A stretch of 64,000 nucleotides of DNA from Candidatus Bathyarchaeota archaeon (GTDB taxonomy: Archaea; Thermoproteota; Bathyarchaeia; Bathyarchaeales; DTEX01): contig JAGTQF010000003.1 of the NCBI GenBank assembly GCA_018396655.1, positions 18,953-82,952 of the forward strand. The letters are read 5' to 3'. Both the position numbers and the translations under genes were made by a program. Position 1 is the stretch's first letter, and every line of letters begins with the position of its first letter. Below, in pieces: positions 37,778-46,560 of this stretch. The notes under the pieces are model-generated. The model was not told the DNA's origin. It did not search any database and saw nothing but the letters and a program-made list of their open reading frames with translations.

Positions 37778-40116
37778 TGATATACGTTCTCATAGTGCTC
37801 AATTATACTCTTAATGTATTTTCTCATGCTATTCTTTAACTCGGCTGGGCGCATCCCAACTATGTAAGCCGTCCTACCCCATGACCTACATTGGAGGCAT
37901 CTTGCTATTAACGCCACCTCAATCTTCTGCTCCAGTTTGGTCCTAAGCTCACCTGAGCTAATAAAGTGCGCTAGAAGAATCTCTCTCACAGCATCACAGG
38001 CTCCTTCGTAAGCTAGGCTCTCTTGAATATAGCTTATGAGCCTATCCTTCTGGGAGGGGGTTAGATTTGGCTTCTCCAGATGGCTCCATTTATTTATGCT
38101 TAGTAGCTGAGCTGCAACCTCGGGTTCCAGATTGAAGTATGTATCTGGGAGGGAATTTAGGAGTCTCACCTTAAACTCCATGTAAAGGTTCTTAATGACT
38201 TCCTTAGCGTTTACGCTTAGAGGCTTTACCACAATAACGCTATATTCTCCCGAAACAATGTTTCTCATCGGACTTAAGTGGACCGGTATGAAACCATTCT
38301 TAAGCCAGAAATTAAGTAATAACCTATCAGCTCCAAAGCTTGCTCCAATCCAATCGAAGCCTTCTCTTTCGGCTTCTTCAGAGAGGTTTTTTAATGCTAG
38401 GCTTCCAATCCCCCTATCAGTTAGCTCGGGGTGAACGGCTATTCTCACAATCCTAAGCCCTCTGAGATGGGCAAAGCCCTTGTAAGGTGGATAATATTTC
38501 ACAATGCATGATGGGATAAGATTGCCGGAGGGCGGATTGCCAGCCAAAACAAGGTTTATTGTTTCCTCATCCATTCTGCCCTCCTCAGCCAGATGTAAGG
38601 CTGCAACTATCTCGCCAGATTTAGCCGTTATTATCCGCGCGGAATGATGTGGTGAATCTCCGAGAATTAACAGGTCATCCGGTCTATTCCTATAGTGTGC
38701 AAGCACGTAGATTCCAACAAACTCTCTGAGCTTCCCTTCCATCTCAAACCATCTGTCGAGGTCGACCTTCTCATACTTATACTCTTCTGCTCTAGTCTCG
38801 CTGAGTTTAATAGCGTCTATATCTGCTGGCTCAGCATCTAGAAGAAGAGCGCTGTATAGCCAGCCCTCAATTGGATCGTTTGGCGCATACCTTATGGGCT
38901 CCCTCAATTCAATTTTAAAGAGGTTTATTCCCTTACTCTCTTGAAGAGCCTTTAGAAATCTTAGGGAGAAGCCTCTTCCAGCTCCTTCATAGCCGTGAAT
39001 GGTCGATGCAAATATAATCTTCGGAAATCTCTCAGTAAACGCGAAGAGTAATGGTACTGGTATGCCAGCAGCTTCATCAACCATTAATATATCGGCTTCC
39101 TCTCTTAATGCCTTCTGTGGCAGCATAAACTCGACGGTTCCACGCTTACATCTTATTCTTGGCAATTCATCCCGCTGCTCCCTAAAGAACCTCTCATTCA
39201 AGGCATTAAGACCCTTCTCTATCATCCCAAAAATTATCTGGGATTCCTCACTTGTGGGGGCGGTTATAATTATCCTTCCAGCTCCAAAATGCAGAAGCAT
39301 TGCTGCGCTTAACCCGAGGAGTGCTGATTTTCCTCTACCTCGATTAGATGTTACCAAAAGAACATCTTTCTCCCTCCTCCTCATTAACTCCTCAACCATT
39401 TGGAGGGCTTTAGCTTGCTCCTCAGTAAGAGCGAGTCTATAAAGTCTTTTTGGAACTTTAATTTCCTCAGATGCTATCTCCAGCTGCCTTTTAGCGGCCT
39501 TTGGCGGATGAAGTAACTCACCTTTTAAGATTCTCCATCCCTCTAAAATCCACACGCCCTGAGCCTCTAGGAGCTTTCTTACGAAGAACCTTTCGAACCT
39601 AGTTTTTAGGTCGCCCAATTGGTATGGCGGATGAACTAGGCTTTTATGTAGGGTTGTTTCCCATGGTCTGTCGGCCTTCAGGTTTAAATTGTATAGAATT
39701 ATTAGGCCCCCTCCTCTAACCGTTTCGATCAGCCTGCCAATATCATTTGGTCTAGCACCTCGGCCCATGTCCATTATTAATATATCATTTGTTGTTCCAA
39801 GAAGCTTATTGCTCTCCTCATAGCTAAAATGTTTAATGCTCTCTTTTGAGAAGCCGGAAGTTTCAAGCCTCTCTAGAAGGGACTTAAATACTTCTCCAGA
39901 ATCCTCATAATAATCCACATAAACAATATCTCCTGCCTCTCCATCCCTGAGAATCCTCAGCGCTCTATGCTTAAGAATTAGAAAGGTGAGAACATCAATT
40001 AAATCTTCACCGGATAAGACCACTAGCCTTCTATGAAAGGCATCTAAGGCCTCCTCTATCATCTGAGTAATGAGATTTTGTGCCTTTGCCCTCTCCTCCA
40101 CGTCTAAGGTTCCCAT
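37771..40116 (-). CDS. tmcA: RNA cytidine N4-acetyltransferase TmcA / Nat10 homologue
   Basis: DUF1726-like N-terminus, helicase P-loop NRGRGKSALLG, GNAT motif RIVRIAVHPELTDRGIGSLAL, tRNA-binding tail. 781 aa. Its stop region overlaps the next gene start by 7 nt. Confidence 0.85.
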   Translation of the reverse strand: MGTLDVEERAKAQNLITQMIEEALDAFHRRLVVLSGEDLIDVLTFLILKHRALRILRDGEAGDIVYVDYYEDSGEVFKSLLERLETSGFSKESIKHFSYEESNKLLGTTNDILIMDMGRGARPNDIGRLIETVRGGGLIILYNLNLKADRPWETTLHKSLVHPPYQLGDLKTRFERFFVRKLLEAQGVWILEGWRILKGELLHPPKAAKRQLEIASEEIKVPKRLYRLALTEEQAKALQMVEELMRRREKDVLLVTSNRGRGKSALLGLSAAMLLHFGAGRIIITAPTSEESQIIFGMIEKGLNALNERFFREQRDELPRIRCKRGTVEFMLPQKALREEADILMVDEAAGIPVPLLFAFTERFPKIIFASTIHGYEGAGRGFSLRFLKALQESKGINLFKIELREPIRYAPNDPIEGWLYSALLLDAEPADIDAIKLSETRAEEYKYEKVDLDRWFEMEGKLREFVGIYVLAHYRNRPDDLLILGDSPHHSARIITAKSGEIVAALHLAEEGRMDEETINLVLAGNPPSGNLIPSCIVKYYPPYKGFAHLRGLRIVRIAVHPELTDRGIGSLALKNLSEEAEREGFDWIGASFGADRLLLNFWLKNGFIPVHLSPMRNIVSGEYSVIVVKPLSVNAKEVIKNLYMEFKVRLLNSLPDTYFNLEPEVAAQLLSINKWSHLEKPNLTPSQKDRLISYIQESLAYEGACDAVREILLAHFISSGELRTKLEQKIEVALIARCLQCRSWGRTAYIVGMRPAELKNSMRKYIKSIIEHYENVYQW

Positions 40117-40213
40117 AGTATCACACCTTAAATAATCGTATGCTAAAATGAGAATAGAGATAATGGTGAGTGGATTTTACAATAAACGAATAATCTTCTT
40201 ATGTTAAGCGGTT

Positions 40214-40657
40214 TTATTCCACCTTAATTTCGTACCCTACCTTTCTTGGAAGTATTATCTCTAGGATTCCCTTCCTAAACCTCGCTTTAGCTCTGCTAAT
40301 GTCTACCGGAACTGGGAGTGGAACCCTACAGCTGAAGCATGTGAACTCCCCCCTTCTATGTGTAACACCTAGGTCTTCGAAGTTTACCTTAACTTTCATT
40401 TTTGCATTAATCTCGATTAGGTCGTCACTTATCCCGCTTATTCTAATGCTCTCTGGGTCTACCTTCGGTAGGTCGGCTGTCACAATAACCTTGTCTGAGC
40501 TTACGAGGATGTCGCAGAGGGGCTCAAGGGACTGTGACGTTACATCCCAGCTTGGTCTCTCCATGAGTCTCTCAAACATTTCATCCGCTAAATTCTCGAT
40601 TTCCTCCATATATTCACGCATTAAATCAAAGATTGACCTCCGTCTTCTCATAGACAT
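40214..40657 (-). CDS. hsp20: Small heat-shock protein (Hsp20 / alpha-crystallin domain)
   Basis: ACD pattern: VIVTADLPKVDPESIRI...FSCRVPLPVPVDISRAKARFRKGILEIILPRK. Confidence 0.85.
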   Translation of the reverse strand: MSMRRRRSIFDLMREYMEEIENLADEMFERLMERPSWDVTSQSLEPLCDILVSSDKVIVTADLPKVDPESIRISGISDDLIEINAKMKVKVNFEDLGVTHRRGEFTCFSCRVPLPVPVDISRAKARFRKGILEIILPRKVGYEIKVE

Positions 40658-40673
40658 CCTTCATCCCACCCCA

Positions 40674-41429
40674 CTACTTGATATAATATCCTGGGATATC
40701 ATATTCATGAGACTTTCTCATCCTCGCAAGTTCACTCTGCGTTCTGCGCATCATATCCCTCATGGCTAAACGGACCTCCTCACCCTTCTCAATGAGCTCA
40801 GATACATCCACATTTATTCCCATTATTTTATTGAGCGCTTGAATCACAACAGATGAAGCCTCCGGGTCCGGATAATTATAGAAGGCCTCCGCCAACAATG
40901 CTATTGCAGGAATATTCTTTTCAGAGCAATATTTTAGGATTAAAGCTTGCGGTCCAGCGAGAAAACCTCTCTGGATAACTTCAACATCATTCTCCCTAAT
41001 AATCTTCAGCAGCGAATCTTCTGATGCAGCCCCAAAAATTTTCAGCTTCTCAATTTCATGACGGTTTGGAACCGGAAGCCCACCTAATGTGAAGATCCTC
41101 TTTACTTTTTTCTCCCAGGCCCAATCAATAATTCTCCTAACTACTGGGCTGACAATCTCCGATGGTATGGCAATCTCCGAGCTTAAAATAGCTATGCTGT
41201 TATTTCCAAAAATTCTTACTGGGGATTTTGGAAGACCATCCTCAAGTATGATTATCGGTGGCAATAGGTCCGTCTCTACATAGGCTACTTCCTCAAGCCC
41301 AAGCTTAGAGATTATGTGTGCTGCTGCGATCACGCCGACTAGCCCAACATCTGGGAGACCACAGATAACTTCTATGCCTTCCGGAATAGTCTTCTCTTCA
41401 ACGATTTTTATCTCCCAATCGTTTGGCAT
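40674..41429 (-). CDS. PAC2-family protein (proteasome assembly chaperone-like, PbaA/PbaB family)
   Basis: VICGLPDVGLVGVIAAAHII near the N-terminus and about 250 aa fit the PAC2 family. A C-terminal HbYX is not evident (the protein ends GYYIK). Confidence 0.55.
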   Translation of the reverse strand: MPNDWEIKIVEEKTIPEGIEVICGLPDVGLVGVIAAAHIISKLGLEEVAYVETDLLPPIIILEDGLPKSPVRIFGNNSIAILSSEIAIPSEIVSPVVRRIIDWAWEKKVKRIFTLGGLPVPNRHEIEKLKIFGAASEDSLLKIIRENDVEVIQRGFLAGPQALILKYCSEKNIPAIALLAEAFYNYPDPEASSVVIQALNKIMGINVDVSELIEKGEEVRLAMRDMMRRTQSELARMRKSHEYDIPGYYIK

Positions 41430-41644
41430 TCAACCTGCTTCTCCTTGATGCCCTACTATTAAAATTTTAATGGATGGCAGATATATTAAAGGTTTCTGAA
41501 GACTATTGATTTAGTGTATCTAAAGAAATATATAGGATGGCTCATCGATAATATGTAATAACAATACCCTAAAGTATACAAGAAACTGCGTCTCAAGTTC
41601 CAAACACTTTAAATGGCCAGTAAATTTAGAAGGGGATTATTTAG

Positions 41645-44479
41645 ATGGGTGAGCTTGAGGGGGCGTCTAGGATACGAGCAATCTATTGGGTTCTCTTAGC
41701 GCTTCTAGTTATCGCCATATTTATGGTTTTCCTTAGTCGAGAGCTTGTGCTCTTCTGGCTCAATTTAATGGAGTTTGGAGAGCTATTCTGGAAGCCTATG
41801 TATTTTGGTCTATTGGGCGGGTTTGTACTGGCATCCATTGCGCTCTTCAGAATAGACTTCAGAAATAGGCGATCTATAACATGGTGGCTCATTAACCTGA
41901 TAATAAGGATTATTCGTTTAAGAGGGAATTGGGAGAGAATCTCACCACTTTGGCTTGATTTTGAAGGTTTCAGGATGCCACCTATAAAATTTTTCATATG
42001 GCAGATGACAAAGGCCCTTATTGGAATGACTTTATTCACCAATGTAATGTTCGGTATGACCATGAATGCGATTATAATCGGCTGGAACCCAAATCTCCAA
42101 GTCCTTCCGCAAATATTCGCGCTCCCATTCCTAACCCCTCCAATGGATATGAGCTATGCCGAGAAGAGTGTTATACCCTTAATCCCAGTCCTAACTCTTA
42201 TTATCCCACCCATACTTCATTCCCTCTGGATAAGACTTATGCTCCTGGTTGTGGTAACGCATATAATACGTATGGTCATACCGTTCTTAGCCGCCTACCT
42301 CTGGGAGCTTGAAATGCCAAGTTTAAGAAGGGTCGCTTCAACTCTACAGCTATTAGCTGCGGTTCTCTTGCTATGGCTTGCATTAAATAGGTTTTTCGCC
42401 ACATTCATCAACTACAATACTAAATATGAGATAATCGGATTGGCCTCCGTGGGCATAATCCTGCTCCTATTTGCCGTCCTAGACAGAAGAGGTTGGACGG
42501 GAAGCTATGGAATCACTTGGCGGCGGCAAATATGTATTCGCTTAATTGCCCTAGCATTAATTGGTCTAATATCGGCTTCTATTATCGCGTTTAATAATAG
42601 TGTTGCGGATGTTAGAAAGGTTGAGATGCTCGGACCATACGTCACACAATTGATTTCCGTCAACAGATACTTAGCGGACTTAGATAGAATAAAGGAATTT
42701 CCATACGAATTTGGACTAACATCCATTAACCTAAACATGATTGACACATTTATAGCGGAAAACAGGATACTTCTAGAAAAAGTGCGCTTATGGGATCAGC
42801 AAGCCTCTTTTGATAAACTTAGGCCTGAGATAGGCTTAATACCCTATGTAGATTTTACTGAGGTTGATATTTTGCGTTTCAATAATACGCTTTATTGGTG
42901 TGCGTCGATGGATTTGATTCTTCCTTCAACTGTGAGGCAGGAGGATAGGTGGTATGCTATGCACTTCGTTTATACTCATGTGCCTAATGGTTTTCTTATG
43001 CTTGATGCGCATACTGGTAGAATAGTTGATGCCAGCAGATTCTTCCCCCAGAGAAGAATTTATTATGGTGAGGGCGGACTCTTCAAGGAGACTTGGGTTG
43101 CCTACCCGGTTGGGAGAACTGTAAGCGATGAGGTTGGAGGCTACTTCTATGATGGGAAGGGTGGTGTAGACGTTTCACCACCATTAAGCTGGATATTTGA
43201 GCCAAACTTTCTACTTTCATATCCGGCTGCAACTATGAGGGTTCTGAGATACCGAGACATTCATGAGAGGATGCGACTACTATTCCCATATTTCACCTAC
43301 GAGATTGAGGGGCAACGCATCGATGTATGGCCTGTAACTGATGGTAAGAGGACATACTGGGCGATGCCATTGATAATATTCCTTGATGCGAGTTACGTGC
43401 CGTGGAGTGACAGAAACAAATTTGGGAGGCTAGTAGGCTACGCGCTAATAAATGTCTATGATGGTGACATTCAATTATTAGTTACTGGCGATGACTTCTT
43501 CAGCCAAATCTTTAAGGCTGTCTATAATGGGCATGTGAGCACCGAGATACCAGATTGGCTTAAAACTCAGCTGAGATATCCGGAAGAGCTCTTCGAATGG
43601 AGGGTTAGTATGTATAACATCTTTCATGTCACCTCACCAGCAACATTCATCGCTGCTAAGGAGTTCTATACAATTCCTAAGGGAATCGACACCTATTATA
43701 TTCTCGCTCAGCCACATAAATTCGAGAATCTCGAGTTCATCGGATTATTATCGCTTGAGCTTCGTGGGGCTCTGGGAGAAAATCTAGCGGGATATATGAT
43801 TGTCAGAAACGATTATCCATATACTGGTGAAATGATATTCTATAAGGTTCCGTTGGAGAGTAAGAGTAAACTTTTGGGCCCAACTGCTGTGAATGAGGCT
43901 TTAGAGAGAAACCCAGATTTCACGGCCCTAAAAACTCTTCTGAGAAACCCACGCGTGGGAAACCAAATCTTCTATAGGATAGGAGGATACGATGTATTTG
44001 TAATACCGGTATACACTGCGCCCGGAGGAGGAGTTGTCACGCAGATTGGGAGGATAGCGATAGTTGGCGCGGATTTCACTGGCGAATATTATGTTGGCTT
44101 AGGTTTAACGGTTGAAGAGAGCTTTCGTTCCTTCCTAGCTAGAATTGCTGGTGTGGAAGTCCAACCGCCCGGCCCAGGGATAAGTGAGGAGGAGAGAATA
44201 GCTAGGATTGTCAGTGCAATTAAAGAGTTAGGCTTAAGCGTGTATTGGCCTGAAACTATTAACCCTGACATATCATTTATTGATGGGAAAGCCAGATATG
44301 TTGACGAGAATGAGTGGATTAGCGTTCAGGAAGCCCTCAACAAACTTCTGGAGTTATGTAACCTTTATAATACCTCTAGAGTTTTCCTCTGGAAAAGCGA
44401 TGGAAAATTGAATGCTGGCATACTCGCTCGGGTTGAGGGAATTTTAGAACTCCATTACATAGTGATTGAGCTCTCATAG
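41645..44479 (+). CDS. UPF0182-family large membrane protein (N-terminal polytopic domain plus a large extracytoplasmic domain)
   Basis: 944 aa with about 7 N-terminal TM helices and then a roughly 600-aa soluble region. The size and architecture are as in UPF0182/COG1615. The assignment is from memory. Confidence 0.5.
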   Translation: MGELEGASRIRAIYWVLLALLVIAIFMVFLSRELVLFWLNLMEFGELFWKPMYFGLLGGFVLASIALFRIDFRNRRSITWWLINLIIRIIRLRGNWERISPLWLDFEGFRMPPIKFFIWQMTKALIGMTLFTNVMFGMTMNAIIIGWNPNLQVLPQIFALPFLTPPMDMSYAEKSVIPLIPVLTLIIPPILHSLWIRLMLLVVVTHIIRMVIPFLAAYLWELEMPSLRRVASTLQLLAAVLLLWLALNRFFATFINYNTKYEIIGLASVGIILLLFAVLDRRGWTGSYGITWRRQICIRLIALALIGLISASIIAFNNSVADVRKVEMLGPYVTQLISVNRYLADLDRIKEFPYEFGLTSINLNMIDTFIAENRILLEKVRLWDQQASFDKLRPEIGLIPYVDFTEVDILRFNNTLYWCASMDLILPSTVRQEDRWYAMHFVYTHVPNGFLMLDAHTGRIVDASRFFPQRRIYYGEGGLFKETWVAYPVGRTVSDEVGGYFYDGKGGVDVSPPLSWIFEPNFLLSYPAATMRVLRYRDIHERMRLLFPYFTYEIEGQRIDVWPVTDGKRTYWAMPLIIFLDASYVPWSDRNKFGRLVGYALINVYDGDIQLLVTGDDFFSQIFKAVYNGHVSTEIPDWLKTQLRYPEELFEWRVSMYNIFHVTSPATFIAAKEFYTIPKGIDTYYILAQPHKFENLEFIGLLSLELRGALGENLAGYMIVRNDYPYTGEMIFYKVPLESKSKLLGPTAVNEALERNPDFTALKTLLRNPRVGNQIFYRIGGYDVFVIPVYTAPGGGVVTQIGRIAIVGADFTGEYYVGLGLTVEESFRSFLARIAGVEVQPPGPGISEEERIARIVSAIKELGLSVYWPETINPDISFIDGKARYVDENEWISVQEALNKLLELCNLYNTSRVFLWKSDGKLNAGILARVEGILELHYIVIELS

Positions 44480-44966
44480 GGGGTTGTTTACGACGACGCG
44501 TAAGGAAAAGAGGACCGGTGCACTCCTGAGGGATTTAATCTTAGCGGTAAGCGCGGCTATCGCAATCCTACTTATAATATTAGTCTTTAAGGTTAAGGGC
44601 GGTTTCATCGGAATAGCCCTTGGCACGATTACAATCATAGCCCTAATTTACTGGCTGAGGGAAGTAAGGAGAATCTTCCAGCAGCAGGAAAACATGTATC
44701 CAGCTGAGCATGACTGGCTCTATGAATTCATTGAGGAGGGTGAGAACCTAATTCTTGTAGCGAGTGTTCCAGGGCCATCTGAAAGAGTGAAGATTAAGAT
44801 TATTGACAGTTTTATTGAGATTAGGGGAGGAGGGAACTTCGTAAGGAGGGTTCAAATACCTAAGGATGTTAGGATTGTGGAGAAGTCCTATGCGAACGGC
44901 GTTTTACGCGTGAAGCTACATAAGACCGCAGCGTCGAATAGCCAAATATCATCACAGAAAATCTAG
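44466..44966 (+). CDS. Membrane-anchored alpha-crystallin-domain (Hsp20-like) protein
   Basis: Two N-terminal hydrophobic helices (ILAVSAAIAILLIILVF, IGIALGTITIIALIYWL), then the ACD: LILVASVPGPSERVKIKIIDSFIEIRG...VQIPKDV...SYANGVLRVKLHK. Overlaps the upstream gene by 14 nt. Confidence 0.65.
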   Translation: MSSHRGLFTTTRKEKRTGALLRDLILAVSAAIAILLIILVFKVKGGFIGIALGTITIIALIYWLREVRRIFQQQENMYPAEHDWLYEFIEEGENLILVASVPGPSERVKIKIIDSFIEIRGGGNFVRRVQIPKDVRIVEKSYANGVLRVKLHKTAASNSQISSQKI

Positions 44967-44981
44967 CGGCGCTAAAAGGTT

Positions 44982-46073
44982 TTAGTCTTCCCCCTTGATA
45001 CATGTTAGTTTCACGGCTTTATCCTCTAGCACGAGTATCGTGTCCTCCAAGCGTGCTCCACCAAACTTAGGTATATATATGCCCGGCTCAACAGTAATTA
45101 CATTTCCACGCAATAAAATCTCCTCAGAAAGAGGATTAAGCGCCGGCGGCTCATGTATATCGAGTCCTACACCATGCCCTAGGCCATGAACGAAATATCC
45201 ACCATAACCCTTATCTGCAATATATCCTCTAGCCACCTCATCAATATCCCTAGCCCTTACACCAGCCCTCACGTGGCTTATTGCCTGCCTCTGTGCCTCC
45301 CTAACCATATCACATAGACGTCCTTGCTCTTTGGATGCTACACCAGCTATTAGTGTTCTCGTCATGTCAGCGCAGTAGCCACGATATTTAGCACCCACAT
45401 CAATCACAACAAGGTCTCCGTCTCTAATCTCCCGCTCACCTAAACCCCCGTGTGGGAAGGCCGATTCTGGACCGCTGCAAACTATCGTATCAAACGCAAC
45501 GCCATCGGAGCCCATACGGCGCATCTCATACTCTATTTCAGCTGCCACATCCCGCTCTCTCATTCCCGGCTTCAAAATCTCAATGGCTTTCTCCATTCCC
45601 CGGCTTGTCAGCTCAGCCGCCCTCTTTATAAGCGCCAGCTCCCCCTCATCCTTAATCTTCCTGAGCGACCAGATGGCATCCTCTAATGGCTCAAATCTCA
45701 ATTCCCTCAGATTATCGCGTATTCTCATGTATTCCCTGGCGCTAATATTGTCGAAGCCTATCGACCTGAAACCGCATCTCGATATTTCATTGAGAATCTT
45801 CGTATCCGCTCTCTCACCAACCCTAATTAATTCAATCCTCACACCTTTAGCCATCTCCTTAGCAGCCTCATAATTGACGGAGTGAACGAAGAGGGTTAAT
45901 TCTCCATCCAATGGAATTAGGAGTCTAAAACCACCGGAGAAACCAGTGAAATAATATATGTTCTTTTCATTAGCGATTAAAATCGCATCAACATTTCTCT
46001 GCGCCAAAATATCCCTAATTTTTCTTATGCGCTCTATACCCGGCAAACCAGAGCCTCCAGACGAGATAAACAT
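44982..46073 (-). CDS. pepQ: Xaa-Pro aminopeptidase/dipeptidase (M24B)
   Basis: Creatinase-like N-domain. Metal ligands lie in VVIDVGAKYRGYCADMTRT, HGLGHGVGLDIHEPP, VITVEPGIY and ARLEDT. Confidence 0.85.
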   Translation of the reverse strand: MFISSGGSGLPGIERIRKIRDILAQRNVDAILIANEKNIYYFTGFSGGFRLLIPLDGELTLFVHSVNYEAAKEMAKGVRIELIRVGERADTKILNEISRCGFRSIGFDNISAREYMRIRDNLRELRFEPLEDAIWSLRKIKDEGELALIKRAAELTSRGMEKAIEILKPGMRERDVAAEIEYEMRRMGSDGVAFDTIVCSGPESAFPHGGLGEREIRDGDLVVIDVGAKYRGYCADMTRTLIAGVASKEQGRLCDMVREAQRQAISHVRAGVRARDIDEVARGYIADKGYGGYFVHGLGHGVGLDIHEPPALNPLSEEILLRGNVITVEPGIYIPKFGGARLEDTILVLEDKAVKLTCIKGED

Positions 46074-46128
46074 TTAATATCAGCGCTCCTTGATTATATA
46101 TCTTTCATTGAGCATTCGGCGGGAATAG

Positions 46129-46560
46129 TTGAGAATGCGGGACATTGAGATAGCAAGGAAGAGGCTGAAGGAGAATAATCTGTCGCTGGTGATAGTTAAG
46201 GATGGGGAAGTAATCTTTGAGTCTAGACTTCAGGGGTTAATTGGCTTAATCCAAGCTATAGATTCGCTGGGCGAGCGCCTCTCATCCTCATCCGTTGCGG
46301 ATAAAATTGTGGGTAGGGCTGCCGCATTACTATTAATATATTCTCATGCCAGCGATGTCTATGCCACCACAATAAGCCTCGATGGACTAAACCTTCTAAT
46401 TAAGAGCGGAATAAGGGTTGAATACGACAATCTAATCTCGAGAATAATGAATAGGCGAGGAGACGACATCTGCCCCTTTGAGAAAGCCTCCCTAATGGTG
46501 GCTTCTCCAGAGGAAGCCTATAGAAGATTAAGGGATGTACTCTCCGAACACCTTTTTTAG
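46129..46560 (+). CDS. DUF1893 (TM1506-like) domain protein
   Basis: 143 aa. LSLVIVKDGEVIFESRLQGLIGLIQAI...DKIVGRAAALL is as I recall for DUF1893. The 3' end overlaps the convergent 46528-48300 gene by 33 nt. Confidence 0.45.
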   Translation: MRMRDIEIARKRLKENNLSLVIVKDGEVIFESRLQGLIGLIQAIDSLGERLSSSSVADKIVGRAAALLLIYSHASDVYATTISLDGLNLLIKSGIRVEYDNLISRIMNRRGDDICPFEKASLMVASPEEAYRRLRDVLSEHLF

